The notes under the pieces were generated by a model. The model searched no databases. It had not been told where the DNA came from and saw nothing but the letters and a program-made list of their open reading frames with translations. A stretch of 64,000 bases of DNA from Schizochytrium sp. TIO01 (Eukaryota; Protista; Bigyra: Labyrinthulomycetes): positions 2,604,001-2,668,000 of the forward strand of contig SMSO01000036.1 of the NCBI GenBank assembly GCA_004764695.1, read 5' to 3'. Positions 35,701-45,752 of the stretch are shown here, piece by piece (position 1 is the stretch's first letter; each line of letters starts with the position of its first letter). The position numbers and the translations under genes were made by a program.

Positions 35701-38700
35701 ATTCAATCAAATCGACAGTCTTTCGGGGAATGATATCGGCGACGAGGGCGCCAAGGCAGTGGCTGCGGCGCTGAAAGAGAACCGGTCGCTGACATCACTA
35801 TCGTAAGTTGTCTACGCAACACCGCAGCTCGTGGACTTGTTTGTACATGATGCTTGGTTTGTTGTTTGGTGGGTGGGTCGGTGTTGTTTTGCAAGGTTAT
35901 GCAATCGCTTGTTTGTTTGATGGATGGATGAGTTGTCTGTTTGAGTGAGTATACATCCATCGAACAAAGAGCAAAATGACAACACAACAAAGATAAATGG
36001 TTAAAGCCAACCTAGATCACTCACGTCCATGCATGCATGCGTGCCTCTATTGTAATATGTAACGTGTAATGTATTGCTTGCCATCATTCAATCCAATCGA
36101 CAGTCTTCAAAGCAACGATATCGGCGACGAGGGCGCCAAGGCAGTGGGTGCGGCGCTGAAAGAGAACCGGTCGCTGACATCACTCAAGTAAGTTGTCTAC
36201 GCAACACCGGAGCTCGTGGACTTGTTTGTACATGATGCTTGGTTTGTTGTTTGGTGGGTGGGTCGGTGTTGTTTTGCAAGTTTATGCAATCGCTTGTTTG
36301 TTTGATGGATGGATGAGTTGTCTGTTTGAGTGAGTATACATCCATCGAACAAAGAGCAAAATGACAACACAACAAAGATAAATGCTAAAAGCCAACCTAG
36401 ATCACTCACGTCCATGCATGCATGCGTGCCTCTATTGTAATATGTAACGTGTAATGTATTGCTTGCCATCATTCAATCAAATCGACAGTCTTCAAAGCAA
36501 CGATATCGGCGACGAGGGCGCCAAGGCAGTGGCTGCGGCGCTGAAAGAGAACCGGTCGCTGACATCACTCAAGTAAGTTGTCTACGCAACACCGCAGCTC
36601 GTGGTCTTGTTTGTACATGATGGTTGGTTTGCTGTTTGGTGGGTGGGTCGGTGTTGTTTTGCAAGTTTATGCAATCGCTTGTTTGTTTGTTTGTTTGATG
36701 GATGGATAAGTTGTCTGTTTGAGTGAGTATACATCCATCGAACAAAGAGCAAAATGACAACACAACAAAGATAAATGCTGAAAGCCAACCTAGATCACTC
36801 ACGTCCATGCATGCATGCGTGCATCTATTGTAATATGTAACGTGTAATGTATTGCTTGCCATCATTCAATCAAATCGACAGTCTTTATAGCAACGGAATC
36901 GGCGACGAGGGCGGCAAGGCAGTGGCTGCGGCGCTGAAAGAGAACCGGTCGCTGACATCACTTGAGTAAGTTGTCTACGCAACACCACAGCTCGTGGACT
37001 TGTTTGTACATGATGGTTGGTTTGTTTTTTGGTGGGTGGGTCGGTGTTGTTTTGCACGTTTATGCAATCGCTTGTTTGTTTGATGGATGGATGAGTTGTC
37101 TGTTTGAGTGAGTATACATCCATCGAACAAAGAGCAAAATGACAACACAACAAAGATAAATGCTGAAAGCCAACCTAGATCACTCACGTCCATGCATGCA
37201 TGCGTGCATCTATTGCATCTATTGTAATATGTAACGTGTAATGTATTGCTTGCCATCATTCAATCAAATCGACAGTCTTGGAGGCAACGAGATCGGCTCA
37301 GAGGGCGCCAAGGCAGTGGGTGCGGCGCTGAAAGAGAACCGGTCGCTGACATCACTTGAGTAAGTTGTCTACGCAACACCGCAGCTCGTGGACTTGTTTG
37401 TACATGATGGTTGGTTTGTTGTTTGGTGGGTGGGTCGGTGTTGTTTTGCAAGTTTATGCAATCGCTTGTTTGTTTGATGGATGGATGAGTTGTCTGTTTG
37501 AGTGAGTATACATCCATCGAACAAAGAGCAAAATGACAACACAACAAAGATAAATGCTGAAAGCCAACCTAGATCACTCACGTCCATGCATGCATGCGTG
37601 CATCTATTGCATCTATTGTAATATGTAACGTGTAATGTATTGCTTGCCATCATTCAATCAAATCGACAGTCTTGATGGCAACGAGATCGGCTCAGAGGGC
37701 GCCAAGGCAGTGGGTGCGGCGCTGAAAGAGAACCGGTCGCTGACATCACTTGAGTAAGTTGTCTACGCAACAGCGCAGCTCGTGGACTTGTTTGTACATG
37801 ATGGTTGGTTTGTTGTTTGGTGGGTGGGTCGGTGTTGTTTTGCAAGTTTATGCAATCGCTTGTTTGTTTGATGGATGAATGAGTTGTCTGTTTGAGTGAG
37901 TATACATCCATCGAACAAAGAGCAAAATGACAACACAACAAAGATAAATGCTGAAAGACAACCTAGATCACTCACGTCCATGCATGCATGCGTGCATCTA
38001 TTGTAATATGTAACCTGTAATGTATTGCTTGCCATCATTCAATCAAATTGACAGTTTTGAAGGCAACCGCATCGGCGACGAGGGCGCCAAGGCAGTGGCT
38101 GCGGCGCTGAAAGAGAACCGGTCGCTGACATCACTATCGTAAGTTGTCTACGCAACACCGGAGCTCGTGGACTTGTTTGTACATGATGCTTGGTTTGTTT
38201 TTTGGTGGGTGGGTCGGTATTGTTTTGCAAGTTTATGCAATCTCTTGTTTGTTTGATGGATGGATGAGTTGTCTGTTTGAGTGAGTATACATCCATCGAA
38301 CAAAGAGCAAAATGACAACACAACAAAGATAAATGCTGAAAGCCAACCTAGATCACTCACGTCCATGCATGCATGCGTGCATCTATTGCATCTATTGTAA
38401 TATGTAACGTGTAATGTATTGCTTGCCATCATTCAATCAAATCGACAGTCTTGGAGGCAACGAGATCGGCTCAGAGGGCGCCAAGGCAGTGGGTGCGGCG
38501 CTGAAAGAGAACCGGTCGCTGACATCACTATCGTAAGTTGTCTACGCAACACCGCAGCTCGTGGACTTGTTTGTACATGATGGTTGGTTTGTTGTTTGGT
38601 GGGTGGGTCGGTGTTGTTTTGCAAGTTTATGCAATCGCTTGTTTGTTTGATGGATGGATGAGTTGTCTGTTTGAGTGAGTATACATCCATCGAACAAAGA

Positions 38701-41700
38701 GCAAAATGACAACACAACAAAGATAAATGCTGAAAGACAACCTAGATCACTCACGTCCATGCATGCATGCGTGCATCTATTGTAATATGTAACGTGTAAT
38801 GTATTGCTTGCCATCATTCAATCAAATCGACAGTCTTGGATACAACGGTATCGGCTCAGAGGGCGCCAAGGCAGTGGGTGCAGCGCTGAAAGAGAACCAG
38901 TCGCTGACATCACTATCGTAAGTTGTCTACGCAACACCGGAGCTCGTGGACTTGTTTGTACATGATGCTTGGTTTGTTGTTTGATGGGTGGGTCGGTGTT
39001 GTTTTGCAAGTTTGTGCAATCGCTTGTTTGTTTCATGGATGGATGAGTTGTCTGTTTGAGTGAGTATACATCCATCGAACAAAGAGCAAAATGACAACAC
39101 AACAAAGATAAATGCTGAAAGACAACCTAGATCACTCACGTCCATGCATGCATGCGTGCATCTATTGTAATATGTAACGTGTAATGTATTGCTTGCCATC
39201 ATTCAATCAAATCGACAGTCTTGCAGGCAACAAGATCGGCTCAGAGGGCGCCAAGGCAGTGGCTGCCGCGCTGGATGAAAATCATGTTCTTCAGGAAATA
39301 AGGTGAGTTTGTACAAATTAAAGAAATTTAATCGTAAGCTTGAGTGATATGAAATGAAGCTTTGAAGTGATTTAAACTAACAAATCAGAGTTGTATACCT
39401 TGGCAGTTTTGATTATTCTGATATCTCTCAAGACGTGATAGATCATATTGGTGACCGCTTAAAGCTGGTCAAAGATATAGTTGACGAATTCACAAAGTCT
39501 GCATTGAATGGTTTTTCAAAAGATGAAAAAGTGCGATGGGGTCGGGCGAAACTGATGGTAGTTGGGAAGGGGGGCGCTGGCAAGACATCAACTATTCGCA
39601 CGTTACTCGGTCAAGCATTCGTAGCGGAGCATGACTCGACCATTGGTGTAGAACTCAAGGTGATTCGCACGAAGGACTGGACAGAGGACCCACTAGGCAT
39701 TCACTCTGCTGATCTCAACGATGCTCTTGTAAAATTGCAGATCCTTAAAGATCGAAAGAGTCTTCTTCGCCAAAGTATTCGCAAATCATTGGCCAGACTT
39801 TCTGGACCTCGGATGGATAAAACCTTGAAACCTGAGCTCAAGGTCAAGACGGAGGAGGTGGCGAGAGTTTTTAGGGCTGATGTGAAATTCCAAATTGAAA
39901 AAGCTGGACGTACAAAAGCAGAGCAAGATGTCAGTTTCTCCATTTGGGATTACGGCGGGCAGGAGGTATTCTACGCTTTGCATCACCTTTTCCTAACTAA
40001 TTACGGGGTGTATGTGATCGTTTTCGATATGCGAGAAGTGATTGGAAAAGATAATTTCCAGGACTGTTCTGACTATGCGTTAATGGAGGACAGCGAGACG
40101 GCACTAAACACGATTCGATTCTGGCTAGACTCGATACGCTTACATGCGAATGGAGCCAAGGTGGTTCTTGTAGGGACATATCTCGATGCTTTACGCGATG
40201 CTAAGGAAGATCTGAACCTCATAAATATTGAATTGCGAAGGCTCTTGCCTCAAGCCACGGGCCTCCGCCTTGTAAGAAACAAGGCAGATCAATTGTACTT
40301 TTATCCTATGGATAACACTGAAAGGCAAGATTTGTCACGCTGTGAACTTCTTCGCAAACTTCTCATGACTACAGCGGCCTCGGAGCCTTATGTACAGGAG
40401 GAGGTGCCTTTGCGATGGTCTCTCTGTTTCGATCGTATGTTTAGAACTAAAAAAGACTACTTGGAGCTCGATGCTGTGTATGAGCTTGCAATGGGATCGT
40501 GCGGCATTTCAAAAGATGACGCTACGAAGATGCTGAAGTACATGCACGAACTGGGCGTTATTGTACATCTCACCTCCACACCCGTTCTGGCAAACTATGT
40601 GGTCCTGCAACCTCAATGGCTGCTGGACAACTTATCACGAGTAATTTGCGATCCAATACATATGGAAGTGCATGTGCAGAAAATGGAAGAGGCATCTTTA
40701 GAGGCTGATATACCAACAGATTGGTTTCGCGACCTAGACACATGGGAGAAACGTGGTGTTGCAAGTCGATTGTTTCTGTCAACATTATGGGGTCAACCTT
40801 TTTTAGTTGAGTACTTTTCCAAACTCATGACAGAGATGCTTCTGGCGAGCAGAAGCCCATGGATTGGAGACTTGGACGCAGAGGGAGCTTTGTTAATTCC
40901 CAGCTTATTAAAAACCATCTCTGAGGATGAGCTTCATGATCTCTTATCGCAATTTGAAGGTGCCGCTTTAGTGTATATCGAGTTTGACTTTTTCCCCAAA
41001 GGAGTATTCCAACGCTTTATTGCGAGTATGGTGTCAAAATTCCCTGTAGGGCTCGTTGAGGTTCTACAGGTGCACGCAAATGCGGCAAGCATCATATTTC
41101 GTGGCATTTCTGTCCTCCTGGTTCCGGATGATACTGGACGTCGTATTATCATGTATTTAGAAAATGATGAAGAAGACGAAAGCAGCGATTTACAGAGGCC
41201 AATAACAAACATTGTACAACTACTGCATACTCAACTGCAATCGATAGATGAAGCTTTCATGAAACAGAAATTGAATCCAAGGTTGTTTTTGAGCTGTGAT
41301 GGTACCACAAATGATCAAAGTTGTGCCTCTATTAGTGTTTTGGCAAACGCACGACGCGGTAAGGTTCCGTCTGTTGAGCGCAAGAAAATATTGAGGCTAT
41401 CATCCTTTCAGTTGTTTTTCGCCACCAAAGATGAGGCTGAAGAGATAGAATCGAAGATAACAGCACAACGAGAGAAGTATGACGTCTTCTTGTCACACGC
41501 TTGGGGCAAAGATAAGACAGTGCATAACCTTGTTTGCCGTGTAAGTGATAACTTGCAGAAAAATCATGGTATATCATGTTGGCTCGATCGAGATGAAATG
41601 CAACATGGCGAGATTACTCGTATAATGACTCAGGGTATCGATGATTCCAAAGTGGGCGTTGTCTTTGTTACACGGGAATACATGGAGAAGGTAAACTCTG

Positions 41701-41948
41701 ACCGCACAATAACAGATTACTGCCGTTACGAGTTTGAGTACCTGGTAAAGAGAAAGTCTCCAGTTCGAATGATTCCGGTTGTACTTGAGCAGGCTATGAC
41801 TGACCCAGGCGAGTGGATAGGCTTTTTTGGCGGTTGGTGGGGAATCAGTCCTCTTTATGTTGACATGACGAGTGGTGGATCTCCAAGTGAGGTTAAGGAG
41901 CTCCACAATATGGTTCGTCAGGTTCTTAGTGAAATTGAAAAATCATGA
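32575..41948 (+). CDS. Multi-exon LRR-ROC(GTPase)-COR-TIR protein (ROCO family), ~1350 aa, 19 exons
   Basis: Exon 1 is 32575-32639 (MSDHPRVVAALEQLQNGATKL, donor GTAAGT). Seventeen 84-nt LRR exons start at 33014, 33399, 33784, 34170, 34555, 34949, 35334, 35719, 36104, 36489, 36882, 37276, 37670, 38055, 38449, 38834 and 39219 (acceptor GACAG, donor GTAAGT/GTGAGT; consensus xLxxNxIG[DS]EGAKAV[GA]AALKENRSLTSL). The last exon 39389-41948 follows an ACTAAC branch point and CAG, and is in frame. It carries ROC motifs GKGGAGKTS, STIG, WDYGGQ and VGTYLD; COR motifs HELGVI..VVLQPQWL and PKGVFQRF; and TIR motifs YDVFLSHAW..CRYEF..IPVVLE. Confidence 0.9.
32659..32717. repeat. (GCTT)n microsatellite in intron 1 of the ROCO gene
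   Basis: About 14 GCTT units. A shorter homologous tract, merging into (GTTT)n, lies at ~45837-45962. Confidence 0.9.
32760..39302 (+). repeat. Tandem array 1 of ~385-bp intron+LRR-exon units (17 units)
   Basis: Period 385-394 bp; near-identical ~301-nt introns and 84-nt exons. Confidence 0.95.
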
Positions 41949-43057
41949 TTATCCTAAGTTTGAGCAATTGATGTTTCATATATGTTAGTGTTTGCTCTTG
42001 CACAACATTGTTTCTCATTAGCAGATGGACCCCGCTTCCCAAAATGAAACAGTCTACTGCTATTATTTGAGGCTTTGCTCCAATTGAACACGGGGTTTGT
42101 TTTCTTTTTAAAATAATTCAAGTAACTTCATTCGATTTTTATTTTTGTTCTTAGGTCTAATTGTCATTTTGAGAGCAACGATACCCTTTTTAGTGGTAAG
42201 TCTACTACGAGAAACAGTGTAAATACTTTATATCTTAACCTATAGTACTATGCCGAGCTAGTGAAAACTAGGCCAATAGATGTTGGCACTACAAACCTGA
42301 ACCCATTTATCAACTCACACATATACCAGGGCCACGCCTTTCTTATTTCGTGTCTACGTCTTTATACTCATATTATCCACGCTTCTCTTCATCAGACCCA
42401 TCGATGAAGGCTAAATTTCAACTATGTCGTGTATATTATCAAACTCGATTTTCAAAATATAATTGAACTGAAAGATCTGCCAACCCTTTTAACTGTTTGA
42501 CCAAGGAAGAGAGAGACAGTGCTGAAGGCGATTCGTCCCGAGACGCTTGTATATGAATACGGTGTGGTCTTGTCGGGATATACCTGGAAGTGATGCGCAA
42601 TTCAAAGGAAGGTTTTATGTTCAATAGGACAAAGTTGAGGAGTGTCTTACTTCGGGTTAAAGGTCTAGCCTTTGTAAGTAACTATTGAAGTAATATACAG
42701 CTACTGCCTAACTTCATCTCACCTCACATAACCTAGCTCTTCTATCCGACACCTCCTGTGTGTTGGACTGATATGATACATACATTCTGCCTGTATCCAG
42801 ACCCAAAACCCCAACAACTCATATATCATCCTCTTTCTCTTTCTCCTAAGTTTACCATCCTTGTCAGCACGCTTCACAGCACAAGCTACTCTGCAATAGT
42901 TTGGTAACTAAGCACATTAAATTGCCCTCTGCTTTTCGATAAAATTGAAAGAGAAAACCTGGTTTGAAGGAGAAAACAGTGCAATAAGGGATTTTGCACA
43001 AAGAATTGCGAATTGACTTTTTTTGTAACTAGCCCCTTTCATGGCTAAAAATAGTCA

Positions 43058-43976
43058 TGTGTCAATTTGGAGATCAGCTATCGAACGATTTGTAACTTAC
43101 GCTTTGACAGTGATGTGCTCGGGAGGAAGCTGTGTGCAAGCTCTGAAAAGTTTAGAGTGAGTTTATAGAACTTTCTGTGATATGGCATTTGGCTGATATC
43201 ACATGAACACGAAGCAGAGCGTATGCGCCAATGCAATTTTGGTAGGCGTGCAAGATGGTTTCCAAATGACAGAGAAACATATAGTTGACTGACTCTTAAT
43301 TCCTTTCAATTTTGGAATTTCGACAACTCTGGATGGATAATCTTAGTCACAACGAGATCAATACCGAAGGTTGTGTGACTTTGGCAGAGGGGCTTGCGAC
43401 GAACAAGGCTCTGACAAGTTTAAAGTGAGTTTATAGAACTTTCTGTGATATGACATTTGGCTATGTAGCAGACGATATGCGCCAAGACCATTTGGGTAGG
43501 CGTGCGAGATGGTTTTATGAGTACCAGCATGAGGAGCAACTGACACTGAATTTGTTTCAATTTTGCAACTGTATTGATGTTTTGATGAGTGCGGCTTAAC
43601 AGTCTTAAATATACCGACTTTAGCAAGGAAGGTTGTATGGCTTTGGCTGAGGCATTGAAAACAAACCAGGCATTGGCAGAATTACGGTAAGTAAAATTGA
43701 GCTCTTTATGGCACATGCCATCCGGCATATTTGAAATGGAGAACTAGCAGATTATATCCACTGAGCTTGCTCTGGCAGACGTGCAAGAGGGGTTACTACC
43801 AGTAGCGATAAATATAGCTGACTGACACTTGATTTGCTTCAATTTTGCATATTCTCTTCTGCCGAATGCTTGTGCCGAACACGGATGAACAGTCATCAAA
43901 ACAATTAGATCGGTGACGAAGGATGTGTGGCCCTGGTAGAGGCGCTTGGGACGAACGAGGCGCTGACAAGATTGAA
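43058..43976 (+). pseudogene. Older, diverged LRR-exon gene (84-nt exons), pseudogenised and truncated
   Basis: Exon 43341-43424 reads LSHNEINTEGCVTLAEGLATNKALTSL with a mutated acceptor. Exon 43603-43686 reads LKYTDFSKEGCMALAEALKTNQALAEL. Exon 43893-43976 reads HQNN*IGDEGCVALVEALGTNEALTRL with TAG at 43906. Same 84-nt phase-2 geometry and GT donors. The 5' end is uncertain. Confidence 0.75.
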
Positions 43977-44349
43977 GTAATTTTTGATGCGACATCATGA
44001 GGCTGGATTCCTATATATATACACTCGTGCAAACAGATGATATGTTTAAAATAATTGGAATGACAACTGACACTTTACTCGTATTGATCATGTTTTCTTT
44101 TGACAAATTCGGCCAAGAATAGAATTTGGGGTTTACTGCCCCGGAGATCACAGAGCACTTAATGCATGAAGTTGAATTATAAGGAGGATACTTTGAATAT
44201 TCTAGAAGCTTGGAGATGGTTTGAAGAATGATCTGCGCGTCTCTTTTAATCATTGAGGCAAGTTTCTTGAAATTTCCTCGGGTCTTGGGTTGAAACACCG
44301 AGCGTTCTTTCATAGGTCATGATTGGGCGACTCGTTAAGGAGAGTTTCT

Positions 44350-45221
44350 TGAGATTTGCTCAGGGCTTGGTATTGAAACAGCGAGATTTCTTTGGTGTGA
44401 CTCCTTCAATAAAAATTTCCTGGAAATTCCTGAGTTGGTATTCTCTATTGCGACTTGCACATAATTTTTTTTCGCGTAGGGCCAAAACTTGCTCAGATGC
44501 ATTTTGCATAACTTTTCTAGATCTCTCAGGGCCAACTTGCACAGGAAACATTTTTCGCGTAGGGCCAAAACCTGCTCAGGTGCATTTTGCATAACTTTTC
44601 CAGATCTCTCAGAGCCAGCTTGCACATGAAACAACTTTCGCGTAGGGCCAAAACTTGCTCAGATGCATTTTGCATAATTTTTCCAGATCTCTCAGGGCCA
44701 ACTTGCATAGCACTTTTTCTTCTCTCAGGGCCAAACCTTGCTCAGTGGCTTATTTGCATAACTTTTATGGGTCTCTTAGGGCCGAATTGCATTTTTTAAA
44801 AAAATCTCTCTCAGGGCCAAACCTTGTTCAGGGGCTTATTTGCAAATCATCTATCTTATTACTTAAGGCCTGACATCTGACAGGCCCTAAGAGAGCAGCT
44901 CAAAATCCTACTTTCAAATGCATGTCAACTGACAGGCTCTGAGAGAGCGGCTCAAAATTCTGCTTTCACATACATGTCATCTGACAGGCCCTAAGAGAGC
45001 GGCCTCACAAAACTAAAATTAGGTCTCTCTCATAGTTTTAGTGGTCTAATGTCAACTGACAGTCCCTAAGAGAGCGGCTTCTCCTCACAAAATTGAGTTT
45101 GTACTTAGGGCCTGTCCACCGACAGATTACACTAAAGTGAATTTCTGGCCTATTATTAATTAAGCATAAGCAGGGGCTATCAGTGGGCGTGAAGAGATTG
45201 TCAGCTGACAGGCCCTGAGAT
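44350..45221. mobile_element. Repeat-rich putative transposon end/foldback element abutting a truncated 5S gene
   Basis: 83-bp tandem units at 44474, 44557 and 44640 containing TCTCAGGGCC. Oppositely oriented repeats TGTCAnnTGACAGGCCCTRAGA at ~44871, 44923, 44975, 45050 and 45199. No transposase recognised. Confidence 0.5.
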
Positions 45222-45278
45222 ACTTTACTTCTCAGTGCGAATGAGATGAGGTGTTACCCGCGTGGTATGATCGAATGT
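45222..45278 (-). pseudogene. Truncated 5S rRNA (5' 57 nt only)
   Basis: Matches the 5' half of the other 5S copies; the 3' half is replaced by the repeat element. Confidence 0.9.
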
Positions 45279-45752
45279 ACTAGCAAATCGGTGCATACTC
45301 TATATATACATAGTATTTAATGGGTTGTTGTTTACTTTCTTTACTTCTATGGATATGTGATTCATAGCAGGTAGCGCTAAGAGGTAGTATTGCTGGAATT
45401 TCTAGAGCAACATTACTGCAGAGGATATTCCAGGAGTAGGCTTTAGGAAATAGGAATAGTCTTGAAAGAGCGAGAAAGAAAGGAGGTCAGCACATGCAGA
45501 ACCCGAGGCTGAGTAGGGAAGGTTAGGTTCGTAATAGTAAAATATCCTTTCACTTCGAGAGCATATCTCCTTCTTAGGGAAAACCATAGTAACTCAGTAA
45601 GTCAGACCATGTGCACAACCATGTCATCGACTTGCAGCTTTATGTCCAGCAGGTTCGAAACCTTCTACAACGACTGAGACTGTGCCACGAGCTTAGCTGA
45701 AGGGATACAAGCACGCGCACGCTGTTTCAGGTATAGATCTTTACTTGCTGCG

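Noticed and set aside
33014-39302. CRISPR-like reading of the array (constant repeat with short variable segments)
   Set aside because: The constant part is ~370 bp, the variable part is a few codons within an LRR exon, there are no cas genes, and the context is eukaryotic.
39435-41948. Treating the 837-aa ORF as a stand-alone gene
   Set aside because: It starts at GTG. An in-frame acceptor with a branch point at 39388 links it to the LRR exons.
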